A DNA stretch of 64,000 bases from Agreia sp. (GCA_040398585.1 JBBATW010000003.1:14670-78669); one strand, 5' to 3'. Shown: positions 51,952 to 60,950, counted from the first letter of the stretch. The notes: generated by a model from the letters alone, not told the origin. Made by a program: numbers and translations.

Positions 51952-51994
51952 AAATAAAAACGTCGCCCAGCGGATAGCAATCCACTGGGCGACG
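51952..51994 (-). terminator. Intrinsic terminator after the FKBP lipoprotein gene
   Basis: Minus-strand CGUCGCCCAG-(14 nt)-CUGGGCGACG followed by UUUUUAUUU, 14 nt after the stop at 52008. Confidence 0.7.
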
Positions 51995-52007
51995 CTGGAA
52001 TTCAGAT

Positions 52008-53018
52008 CTACTGGCTGATTGCCAGGATGTCCACCACGAATACAAGGGTGTCGGTGGCACCGATGCCTGCGGCCGGTACTCCGGCAGCGCCGTAGCCTTC
52101 GGCCGGGGGAATGGTGACAATGACCTGGGAACCGACGGTCTGGCCAACGATGGCCGCCTTGAAGCCGGGGATCACGCCATTGACCGAGAACTGGGCCGGA
52201 GCCTTGCCCCAGCTCTGATCGAAGACCTTTCCGGTGCCCCAGATAACGCCCTGATACTGAACGCTCACGGTCGCCGCGTCTGGAACAACGACGCCGTCAC
52301 CCTTCTTCAGCACCGCGATGTCAAGGGCCGTCGGCGGGTCATTGCTCGGAATTGTCATCGTCGGCGCACCATCGGCGGCAAGAACCACCGTGGGGAAGCC
52401 GGCGGTCAGGGGCTGGTCTGCGCCCGTAGCCCGCGACGGGATGCTGCCCGGCGCAGGGGTTGCGGCCGGCGGCGAAGCCTGACCGACGTCGAGAACCAGC
52501 ACGACCGAATCGGTCGCGGTCAGGTCGAAGCCTGTTGGGATCTTGTCGCCCCAGGCATCCGCGGGGGGAATGACTGCGACGATCCTCGACCCGCCAGGCG
52601 CGCACTCTACGCCCTTCACGATGCCGATAATGAAGGCCGAGTCGACCGTCACGTTTGCGGCGCCGCCCTGATCCACGGACGAGTAGACCTCTTTACCGGT
52701 GGTGCCGTTGAAAGCGGTGAGGTTCATTGTCGTGCTGTCGCCGATGTTGATCTTCTCCCCGGATCCGGGCGTGACGATCGTGCGCTGGGTAGCGGTGACC
52801 GACAGTGGCGCCGTGAACGTCGCGGTGGGCTTGGCGTTGATGTCACCCGCAACCGTGACGGCGTCTGACGCCGAACCGGATGCGGTTTCGGTGCAGGTTC
52901 CGGTGGACCCAAGTGCGGAGGGGTTCGCGGTATCGGTCGGAGCCGGGGCAGCGGAGGCACAGCCCCCGAGAACGAACGCCAGGGCGGCGGCGGCGAAGAT
53001 GACGGGGAGCTTACGCAT
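52008..53018 (-). CDS. Secreted lipoprotein with tandem FKBP-type PPIase domains
   Basis: Signal peptide and lipobox MRKLPVIFAAAALAFVLGGC. C-terminal FKBP domain: VSVQYQGVIWGTGKVFDQSW...VIPGFKAAIVGQTVGSQVIVTIPPAEGYG. A more divergent FKBP-like domain lies upstream. Confidence 0.8.
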   Translation of the reverse strand: MRKLPVIFAAAALAFVLGGCASAAPAPTDTANPSALGSTGTCTETASGSASDAVTVAGDINAKPTATFTAPLSVTATQRTIVTPGSGEKINIGDSTTMNLTAFNGTTGKEVYSSVDQGGAANVTVDSAFIIGIVKGVECAPGGSRIVAVIPPADAWGDKIPTGFDLTATDSVVLVLDVGQASPPAATPAPGSIPSRATGADQPLTAGFPTVVLAADGAPTMTIPSNDPPTALDIAVLKKGDGVVVPDAATVSVQYQGVIWGTGKVFDQSWGKAPAQFSVNGVIPGFKAAIVGQTVGSQVIVTIPPAEGYGAAGVPAAGIGATDTLVFVVDILAISQ

Positions 53019-53086
53019 GAGACCTCAGGGTAATTGGGAGCAATGTTCGTGGAGTCTGGCCGCGCCCATGCGCAGCACAAACGCCT

Positions 53087-54526
53087 CTAGTCTGCCCCAT
53101 CTCCGGCATTCCCGCCTGTCCGACCGCTGGGAAGAGGGTTGCGAATACCTGTGGCCGAGACAATTCCGCCCGCTATCAGCAGGATGGCAGCGGCGGCGAT
53201 GGCCCGGTGGAACCCGGCCACATCCAATTCAACACCGATGAGCAGGCTCACCGCGGCCACGGCAATCAGGCCGGCGACCCGGGACACCGCGTTGTTCACC
53301 GCCGACGCGATTCCCGCGCGACGAGAGTCGATGGAGCCCAGAACCGCGGCGGTCAGTGGGGCAACAGTGATCGACTGGCCCAGGCCGAACACCACCAATC
53401 CTGGGAACACCGCGCTCCAGTACGCACCAGAGTCATCGACCCTGAGCAGGAGCAGAAAGCCCAAACCGCCGAGCATCGGTCCCACAGTCATGAAGAGTCG
53501 CGGACCGAATCTGCCGGCTAGAGAGCCGAAGAATGAGGAGAGCAGGATGCCCAGCACAACGACGGGTACGAGGGCAAGGCCCGCGAGGGTGGCACTGTAA
53601 CCGGCCACCTGTTGAAGAAAGAGGGTCAGGATGAAGGTGCCGACGGCGAGAGCGCCATAAATCAGAACCGTGGCGGCATTGCCGACCCGGAAGTTTCGCA
53701 CAGCGAATAGCCCACTGGGCAGCATGGGGTGCAGCGTCCTGGCCTCATGCCGGAAGAATGCCGCGAGCGCCAGTACACCGACCGCCATCGAACCCCAGAT
53801 AACGGGATGCGCAAAGCCCAGTGCGCTCTGTTCGATCAGGGCGAAGACGCACAGACCGAGCCCCACCATCCCCAGAACCGCTCCGAGAAAATCGATGCGG
53901 GTTCCTGCGGCGACCGCCTCGAACCGCTCGAGGCGGCTGAGGAGCAGAAGGGTCAAGACAATGGGCACGACGTTCAGCCCGAAGACGAGCCGCCAGGAGC
54001 CCAGGTCGACCAGAATGCCACCGAGCAGGGGGCCGATGAGGAATGCGGTGCCGGTCCACGCGGTCCAGAGGCCGATAGCCCGGGCCTGGCGGGAACCGGA
54101 GAAGCCAGCCAGGATGAGGGCGAGTGACGAGGGAACGAGAAGGGCCCCGGCGACGCCCTGAAGTGCCCGGGCGCAGATCAGGATGCCAGCGCTGGGCGCC
54201 AGGGCGCAGGCGACCGAGGTGACTCCGAATCCGACGAGGCCCCAGAACAGGACCCGGCGTCGACCGTAGGCATCAGAGAGAGACCCAGCGAGCAGGATGA
54301 CGGAGCCCAGTGTCAGCAGATAGGCATTGATTACCCACTGCTGCGTTGACAGGGCACCCCCGAGTTCGCCTGAGATCGCCGGCAGCGCCACATTCACGAC
54401 GGTGCCGTCGAGAAAAGCGATGAACGAGGCGAGAACCGCCACGGTGAGAACGAGTCGATGGTGAGCACCGGGCTCACCGGCTCTGGGTAGATCTACGGCG
54501 CACACCTGCTCAGCTAAACACGCCAC
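53087..54526 (-). CDS. MFS transporter, DHA2 (EmrB/QacA, 14-TMS) family
   Basis: 479 aa, about 14 TM helices. LDGTVVNVALPAI and GSLSDAYGRRRV are motifs typical of DHA2 drug:H+ antiporters. Divergent from the NRPS gene, with a 75-nt spacer. Confidence 0.8.
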   Translation of the reverse strand: MACLAEQVCAVDLPRAGEPGAHHRLVLTVAVLASFIAFLDGTVVNVALPAISGELGGALSTQQWVINAYLLTLGSVILLAGSLSDAYGRRRVLFWGLVGFGVTSVACALAPSAGILICARALQGVAGALLVPSSLALILAGFSGSRQARAIGLWTAWTGTAFLIGPLLGGILVDLGSWRLVFGLNVVPIVLTLLLLSRLERFEAVAAGTRIDFLGAVLGMVGLGLCVFALIEQSALGFAHPVIWGSMAVGVLALAAFFRHEARTLHPMLPSGLFAVRNFRVGNAATVLIYGALAVGTFILTLFLQQVAGYSATLAGLALVPVVVLGILLSSFFGSLAGRFGPRLFMTVGPMLGGLGFLLLLRVDDSGAYWSAVFPGLVVFGLGQSITVAPLTAAVLGSIDSRRAGIASAVNNAVSRVAGLIAVAAVSLLIGVELDVAGFHRAIAAAAILLIAGGIVSATGIRNPLPSGRTGGNAGDGAD

Positions 54527-54601
54527 GGCGGGGTTTCTGCCAAAACCATTGGCCGGGCGTCGCTACAGTGATGAGTAGATATCGTCAGAACGGGACCTGA
54601 A

Positions 54602-57600
54602 ATGACCTTGACTTCGGGTGTTCCGACACTCCTTCTGGGTGGCGCGCGAGCCACACCGGCACGAACCCTTATTGACATTCTGCGGGCCAGCGCCCTTGAG
54701 AACGCCGAGTCCGCGGCACTGGCCGATGCCGGTGGGAGCCTGAGCTACCGCGAACTGATGCGACTGGTCAATCGCTCGGCCAGCGCCCTGAATCGTGACG
54801 GCGTGCGCCGCGGCGACCGGGTGGGTATCCGAATCCCGTCTGGCACCCGCACGCTCTACATTTCTATTCTTGCCGTGCTCTCTGTCGGCGCCAGCTACGT
54901 TCCGGTCGATGCCGACGATCCAGACGAACGTGCCCGGTTGGTCTTTTCAGAAGCGGGTGTCGTGGGAATCATCGGCGAAGACGGCACGCTGATTCCGTTC
55001 ATCTCCTCGCCGCTGTCGACACCCTCGGAGTCAGAGCCTGCCGATTCGAACGAGCTTCACGTCGACCAATCGGCAACCGGCAGCATCCCGCTCGTGCCGG
55101 GCCCCCTGCCCGAGGATGATGCCTGGGTGATCTTCACATCCGGCTCCACCGGTGTGCCCAAGGGCGTCGCCGTGACCCACCGCTCCGCCGCCGCGTTCGT
55201 CGATGCCGAGGCACGGCTCTTTCTGGCCGGCGACCCTCTCGGGCCCGGCGACCGGGTGCTGGCCGGGCTTTCCGTCGCCTTCGATGCATCCTGTGAGGAA
55301 ATGTGGCTCGCCTGGCGCTACGGGGCCTGCCTGGTCCCGGCCCCCCGCACTCTCGTTCGAAGCGGCGCCGACCTCGGCCCCTGGCTGATCGCCCACGGAA
55401 TCACCGTCGTCTCCACCGTGCCCACCCTTGCAAGCCTCTGGCCGGTCGAGTCGCTGGAGAATGTCAGGCTGCTGATCTTCGGCGGAGAGGCCTGCCCGCC
55501 CGAGCTCGTGGCGCGACTGGCCGTGGACTCCCGGGAGGTCTGGAACACCTATGGGCCGACCGAGGCGACGGTAGTGGCCTGCGCGGCTCTCCTGGACGGC
55601 AACACCCCCGTTCGAATCGGCCTGCCACTGGATGGCTGGGACCTCGCCGTCGTGGACGCAGACCTGAATCCGGTTGCCACCGGCGAGGCCGGCGAACTGA
55701 TCATCGGCGGCGTCGGACTTGCGCGCTACCTCGACGCCGACAAGAATACGGAGCAGTACGCCCCGATGCCCTCTCTCGGCTGGGACCGCGCCTACCGCAG
55801 CGGCGACCTGGTGCGATTCGACGGCGAAGGACTTGTCTTCTTGGGCCGCGCCGACGACCAGGTGAAACTCGGCGGACGCCGGATCGAGCTCGGTGAGATC
55901 GAAGCGGCCCTGGCGGGACTTCTCCACGTGGCGGGCGCAGCCGCCGATATCAAGATGACCGCATCAGGCAACAAGGTGCTCGTCGGCTATCTCGCCTTGG
56001 TCGAGGGCGAACTGGAACTGTTCGACCGGGCCCGCGCCCTGGCCCAACTTCGTGCGGAGCTTCCCGGCTCCCTGGTGCCGCTACTCACCGTCGTGGACTC
56101 CCTTCCCGTGCGCACCTCCGGCAAGGTCGATCGCGCCGCGCTGCCGTGGCCGCTGACCGCGAAGAACGGCGATCACGACACGGCCGGGCTGTTTGGCACC
56201 GCGGCCTGGCTTGCCGAACTCTGGACGGCCGTTCTCGGCGTGCCGGTGGCCGGGCCAGACGACGACTTCTTCGCTGCGGGCGGTGGCAGCCTCTCCGCCG
56301 CCCAGCTGACATCCCTTGTCCGCACACGGTTCCCCGAGGCCCGGGTTGCCGACGTGTACGATCATCCGCGCATCGGCGCCTTAGCAAGCGAGTTGGATTC
56401 CCGCGCGCCCACGGAGTCGGCCCCGCAGCGGGCCGTGCTGCCCACCCCTGTTCGAAGCCAGCTTCTGCAGACTGTCCTCGGGTTCCCTCTGCTCACGCTG
56501 GTCGGTGCACGCTGGGTGATCTACCTGCTGGCGGCAAACAACATTCTGAACCGGCTGGTCGGGCTCGACTGGCTGCCCACATTTTCGTGGTGGGGAATCG
56601 CCGCAGGATTCTTCGTGTTCGTCACCCCTCTGGGGCGCATGGGACTCTCCGTTCTTGCCGCGAGGCTGCTGCTGAAGGGACTCGCCCCGGGCGAATACCC
56701 CCGGGGCGGTTCGGTGCACCTGAGGCTCTGGCTTGCCGAGCAGGTGGCCAGTCTCGTCGGGGCCGCCTCGCTCGCCGGCGCACCCTGGATTACCAACTAT
56801 GCCCGCGCGCTGGGGGCCAAGATCGGTGAGGGTGCCGACCTGCACACGCTGCCGCCGGTCACGGGGATGCTGACCCTGGGCGCACACGCCTCCATCGAGC
56901 CCGAGGTAGACCTCTGCGGGTATTGGATCGATGGCGATATTCTGCGGGTCGGCACGGTCACCGTCGGCGCTGACGCGGTCATCGGCGCCCGAAGCATTCT
57001 GTTGCCCGGATCCCGGGTGGGCAAGGGCGCGGCAATCGCACCCGGCTCGGCAGTGCACGCTCGCGTTCCTTCCGGAGAGCTGTGGGCCGGCAGTCCCGCC
57101 GAGCGCCTGGGCAAGGCCAAGAGCGGCTGGCCCGCCGAGCGCCCGCCCCGCGCCCCGCGCTGGCTCGTCGCCTACGCTGCGGGCTCGATCGCACTCTCCG
57201 CCCTTCCCCTGCTGGCGGTTTCCCTGGGGCTGGGGATCTGTGTGATCTTCATGCGTAACTCCAACAGTCTTGGCGAGGCGGCGGCGGCGGCCTTGATCGC
57301 CCTTCCACTTGCCACTGTCAGCGCCGGGGTCGCCTTCGCGCTCCTCGTGATCATCAGCGTGCGACTCCTCGCCATTTCTCTCGCTCCCGGCTACTATCCC
57401 GTGCGCAGTCGCATCGGCTGGCAGGTGTGGGCTACAGAGCGACTGCTGGACGTGTCGCGCAGCCTGCTGTTTCCACTCTATGCCGGCCTGTTCACCCCCG
57501 TCTGGCTCAGGCTGCTCGGCGCGAAGGTCGGCTCCAACGTGGAGGCGTCCACCGTGCTGCTGCTGCCATCGATGACCACGATCGGCGACCACGCCTTTCT

Positions 57601-58564
57601 CGCGGACGACACGATGGTCGCCTCCTATGAGCTCGGTGGCGGCTGGCTGCACATCGACGAGGCGAAGATCGGCCGCCGGGCCTTTCTCGGCAACAGCGGC
57701 ATGACCGGACCAGGCCGAACGGTACCAAAGAATGGCCTCGTCGCCGTGCTGTCGGCCACGCCCAAAAAGGGAAAGTCCGGGTCGTCCTGGATCGGCAATC
57801 CCCCGGTCAGGCTGCGCCGCGCCGTTACCGAGTTCGATGAGGGTCGAACATTCAAGCCACGCACTGCGCTGAGGGTCGCGCGGGCTCTCTGGGAACTCGG
57901 CCGCATCGTTCCGGTGATCGTTACCGCGGCGATCGGCCTCGGTGTCGCAGTCGTCCTGGAACTCGGCGTCGTATCGATCGGTCCGGCCGCAACCTTCGTG
58001 CTGTCAGGGATCGTTCTCCTCGTCGCAGGTGCTGTGGCCGCCCTAGTCACGACGCTGATGAAGTGGTGCCTGATCGGTCGCATCGGCATGTCGGAGCATC
58101 CGCTCTGGTCGTCGTTCATCTGGCGAAACGAGATCGCCGACACGTTCGTCGAGATGGTAGCCGCGCCCTGGTTCGCGCGCGCCGCCTCCGGCACACCGGC
58201 CCTCGCCTGGTGGCTGCGTTCGCTCGGCGCGACAGTTGGCCGGGGAGTGTGGTGTGAGAGCTACTGGCTCCCCGAGGCCGACCTCGTGAAGCTGGGTAAC
58301 GGGGCGACCGTTAACCGCGGCTGCGTGGTGCAGACCCACCTGTTCCACGACCGGGTGATGTCTCTTGACTCGGTCGAGCTGGCCGCCGGCGCGACGCTCG
58401 GCCCGCACAGTGTGATTCTTCCCGCGGCCAAGGTTGGCCGGGACGCTACAGTGGGCCCGTCCTCACTCGTGCTTCGCGGTGAGGAAGTACCCGCCGGAAG
58501 TCGTTGGAGCGGCAATCCCATCGCCCCCTGGACGACAACCGCCCGAAACCGCAGGGGAAGCTGA
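54602..58564 (+). CDS. Pls/PosA-family single-module NRPS (homopoly(amino acid) synthetase-like): A domain, T domain, then three membrane-flanked hexapeptide-repeat domains
   Basis: A-domain cores: FTSGSTGVPKGV, FDAS, NTYGPTE, GELIIGG, YRSGDL, GRADDQVKLGGRRIELGEIE, SGKVDR. T-domain FFAAGGGSLSAAQL (Ser563). The C-terminal ~700 aa has three pairs of TM helices alternating with left-handed beta-helix repeat segments. No C or TE domain. Confidence 0.85.
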   Translation: MTLTSGVPTLLLGGARATPARTLIDILRASALENAESAALADAGGSLSYRELMRLVNRSASALNRDGVRRGDRVGIRIPSGTRTLYISILAVLSVGASYVPVDADDPDERARLVFSEAGVVGIIGEDGTLIPFISSPLSTPSESEPADSNELHVDQSATGSIPLVPGPLPEDDAWVIFTSGSTGVPKGVAVTHRSAAAFVDAEARLFLAGDPLGPGDRVLAGLSVAFDASCEEMWLAWRYGACLVPAPRTLVRSGADLGPWLIAHGITVVSTVPTLASLWPVESLENVRLLIFGGEACPPELVARLAVDSREVWNTYGPTEATVVACAALLDGNTPVRIGLPLDGWDLAVVDADLNPVATGEAGELIIGGVGLARYLDADKNTEQYAPMPSLGWDRAYRSGDLVRFDGEGLVFLGRADDQVKLGGRRIELGEIEAALAGLLHVAGAAADIKMTASGNKVLVGYLALVEGELELFDRARALAQLRAELPGSLVPLLTVVDSLPVRTSGKVDRAALPWPLTAKNGDHDTAGLFGTAAWLAELWTAVLGVPVAGPDDDFFAAGGGSLSAAQLTSLVRTRFPEARVADVYDHPRIGALASELDSRAPTESAPQRAVLPTPVRSQLLQTVLGFPLLTLVGARWVIYLLAANNILNRLVGLDWLPTFSWWGIAAGFFVFVTPLGRMGLSVLAARLLLKGLAPGEYPRGGSVHLRLWLAEQVASLVGAASLAGAPWITNYARALGAKIGEGADLHTLPPVTGMLTLGAHASIEPEVDLCGYWIDGDILRVGTVTVGADAVIGARSILLPGSRVGKGAAIAPGSAVHARVPSGELWAGSPAERLGKAKSGWPAERPPRAPRWLVAYAAGSIALSALPLLAVSLGLGICVIFMRNSNSLGEAAAAALIALPLATVSAGVAFALLVIISVRLLAISLAPGYYPVRSRIGWQVWATERLLDVSRSLLFPLYAGLFTPVWLRLLGAKVGSNVEASTVLLLPSMTTIGDHAFLADDTMVASYELGGGWLHIDEAKIGRRAFLGNSGMTGPGRTVPKNGLVAVLSATPKKGKSGSSWIGNPPVRLRRAVTEFDEGRTFKPRTALRVARALWELGRIVPVIVTAAIGLGVAVVLELGVVSIGPAATFVLSGIVLLVAGAVAALVTTLMKWCLIGRIGMSEHPLWSSFIWRNEIADTFVEMVAAPWFARAASGTPALAWWLRSLGATVGRGVWCESYWLPEADLVKLGNGATVNRGCVVQTHLFHDRVMSLDSVELAAGATLGPHSVILPAAKVGRDATVGPSSLVLRGEEVPAGSRWSGNPIAPWTTTARNRRGS

Positions 58565-59901
58565 TGCCGAACAAGCAGCCGGCACCCCTTGATGAGGGAG
58601 TAGTTGCGGGTGGCGACCGCTACGTTCCTTCGAGCGGGAACGCCGGCTACCAAGTCTCGCACTACGCCTTAGAACTCGACTACCGGGTGGCCAACAACCG
58701 CTTGACGGGGATCACGACGATCACGGCGACGGCGACGCACGACCTGGCCCGGTTCAGTCTCGACTTTGCAGGCCTCGTCACCAATCGGGTGTCGGTGAAC
58801 GGTGTGCCCGCGAGAAAGGTCGTCGAGACCCAGCGAAAACTCACCATCACGCCGGCGGTCGCGATACGTGCGGGAGCTGTTTTTACGGTGATGATCCGCT
58901 ATTCGGGTGCGCCGGCGCCGGTGAAGAGCCCGTGGGGCGTTCTCGGCTGGGAGGAACTGGAAGACGGCGTGATCGTCGCTTCACAGCCCTGCGGCGCAAT
59001 GACGTTCTACCCCTGCAACGACGCCCCGGGAGACAAAGCCACCTACTCGTTCTCGATCACAGCCGAGTCCACCCATCAGGTGTTGGCCAACGGAAAGCTG
59101 ATCTCCCGGATGCCACGGGCAAGCCGCACGACCTGGACCTATGCGACCGACGAGCCGGTTGCCAGCTATCTCGTGAGCATCCAGATCGGTCGCTACCGGG
59201 AGATACTCCTGTCCCGTGACCCGGTTCCGCAGTTCGCCCTGCTCCCACCCGACCTGACGTCAAATGCCCTCAGGGACTTCGCCGACCAGAGCCTGATGAT
59301 CAACCTTTTCGAGCGCAGCTTCGGCCCCTACCCGTTCGCCCAGTACACGGTCGTCGTGACCGACGACGACCTGGAGATCCCGCTGGAGGCCCACGGCTTC
59401 TCAACCTTCGGCCGCAATCACATCGACGGCCAGGGCGGCAGCGAACGACTGATCGCGCATGAACTGGCCCATTCGTGGTTCGGAAACAGCCTGACCATTG
59501 CCTCATGGAAAGACATCTGGCTGCACGAGGGTTTCGCCTGCTACGCGGAATGGCTCTGGTCGGAGGAGAGTGGCGGTCCAAGCACCAGGGCCTGCGTGAA
59601 GCAGTACTGGCGCCAGCTGAATGCCCTCGGCCAGGATCTCGTGCTCGGCGATCCCGGGCCTGAGCTTATGTTCGACGACCGGGTGTACAAACGGGGCGCA
59701 ATCTTCCTCGACGTTATCCGCCGCGAGCTCGGCGACGCGCAGTTCTTTGCCCTTCTTCGTTCGTGGGTGGCCGAGAATCGGTTCGGCAGCGTAACGACGG
59801 CCGGGTTCCAAGCCGCGGCCGAGGCTCACAGCACGACACCGCTGGCCGGGCTCTTCGACAACTGGCTGTTCTCGGCACGGCTGCCTAAACTGCCCGCGTA
59901 G
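58564..59901 (+). CDS. M1-family zinc metallopeptidase (aminopeptidase N-like)
   Basis: HELAHSWFGN followed 18 residues later by WLHEGFACYAEW (HExxH-18-E gluzincin signature). The ATG shares one base with the synthetase TGA (cTGATGc at 58562-58566). Confidence 0.85.
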   Translation: MPNKQPAPLDEGVVAGGDRYVPSSGNAGYQVSHYALELDYRVANNRLTGITTITATATHDLARFSLDFAGLVTNRVSVNGVPARKVVETQRKLTITPAVAIRAGAVFTVMIRYSGAPAPVKSPWGVLGWEELEDGVIVASQPCGAMTFYPCNDAPGDKATYSFSITAESTHQVLANGKLISRMPRASRTTWTYATDEPVASYLVSIQIGRYREILLSRDPVPQFALLPPDLTSNALRDFADQSLMINLFERSFGPYPFAQYTVVVTDDDLEIPLEAHGFSTFGRNHIDGQGGSERLIAHELAHSWFGNSLTIASWKDIWLHEGFACYAEWLWSEESGGPSTRACVKQYWRQLNALGQDLVLGDPGPELMFDDRVYKRGAIFLDVIRRELGDAQFFALLRSWVAENRFGSVTTAGFQAAAEAHSTTPLAGLFDNWLFSARLPKLPA

Positions 59902-60505
59902 TTGGTTCCAGCACTGTCAGGGTCACGTTGAGTGACGCTGTGCCCCCGCGAGCGGCCACGATCATCACCACGAACAGCGTCAGGTCTACGTTGGGCACAG
60001 GAAGTCGTTCGAAGAGCACGTTCGGCCCGAGATCCGTCGTATCGACGTGGGTCAGCTCAACCCGAAGCCCGCGGCCGGTTGCCTTCAGGTACGCCTCTTT
60101 GAGGGAGAAAATCGCCGTTCTTTCAGCCTGGCGCAGGGCAGCCGGGGCGTCGTCGATTGCGTCAAGCTCCGCGGAAGCGAAGACCACCTCGTCGACCTGG
60201 GCCCGGCTCATCCGCGTTACGGACTCGAGGTCGATGCCCAACTCGCCGCCACAGCCTGCAGCGACAGCGACAAGGCCGGCTGCCCGGCTCTTACTCACCA
60301 TGATCTCGCTGCCGTCCGGCATCCGTGGAACCACGACCCGCGGTTTGCCATGGTCTCGGCCACAGTGCTGGCACTGGGAATCCAGAACAACATCTGCGGC
60401 CGCGACACCCGCGAAGGCCGCTACGGCCCTGGGCAGCAGCGCTACGTCGAGGTCTTCCGCCACAAGCCAGACATCGACGCTGCCGCTAGCGCGCGGTCGG
60501 CTCAT
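59885..60505 (-). CDS. 4'-phosphopantetheinyl transferase (Sfp-type)
   Basis: HGKPRVV, and the W/FSxKEAxxKA motif as FSLKEAYLKATGRGL. 206 aa. Its 3' end overlaps the 3' end of the peptidase gene by 17 nt (convergent). Confidence 0.8.
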   Translation of the reverse strand: MSRPRASGSVDVWLVAEDLDVALLPRAVAAFAGVAAADVVLDSQCQHCGRDHGKPRVVVPRMPDGSEIMVSKSRAAGLVAVAAGCGGELGIDLESVTRMSRAQVDEVVFASAELDAIDDAPAALRQAERTAIFSLKEAYLKATGRGLRVELTHVDTTDLGPNVLFERLPVPNVDLTLFVVMIVAARGGTASLNVTLTVLEPTTRAV

Positions 60506-60950
60506 GGCTGACCGGAAAGTTCACTGAGTTTGCGATGAAGCACTTTCGTGCGGCCTCTGCGTGCAGCGAGTTCGCCAGCTCAGCCTGAGAGACGTCGGCC
60601 AGGGTGACGACGGGGCGAAGCGTCGCTCCGGTGAACCGGCCGGCACCGTCGGCGGTCGTAACCATGACGCCGTTGGCGGCATCCGTGTAGGCCATCACAG
60701 TCACGCCATGAGCCACTGCCACATGCAAGTACGACAGCATGTGGCACTCGCTCAGGGCGGCGAGCAACAGCTCCTCGGGGTTCCAACGGTCGGCATCGCC
60801 GTGAAAGGTTTTGTCGGCACTGCCAAGAAGCGCGGGTTTGCCGTCCGCTGTGACAACGTTCTGGCGGCCGTAGTCCCGATAGCTGCTCGTGCCTGTTCCG
60901 CGATTGCCAAGCCACTCTACGGTCACGAGGTAGGAATGCTCTGCTTTCAC
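60486..60950 (-). CDS. OsmC/Ohr family peroxiredoxin-like protein
   Basis: WNPEELLLAALSECHMLSYLHVA (first conserved Cys) and KCFIANS (second Cys). 154 aa. Overlaps the PPTase start by 20 nt. Confidence 0.85.
   Translation of the reverse strand: MKAEHSYLVTVEWLGNRGTGTSSYRDYGRQNVVTADGKPALLGSADKTFHGDADRWNPEELLLAALSECHMLSYLHVAVAHGVTVMAYTDAANGVMVTTADGAGRFTGATLRPVVTLADVSQAELANSLHAEAARKCFIANSVNFPVSHEPTAR

Noticed and set aside
56381-57652. 423-aa minus-strand ORF inside the synthetase gene
   Set aside because: Antisense shadow ORF with Arg/Gly/Pro/Gln-rich composition and no motifs. The plus-strand frame carries clear TM and hexapeptide-repeat signal.
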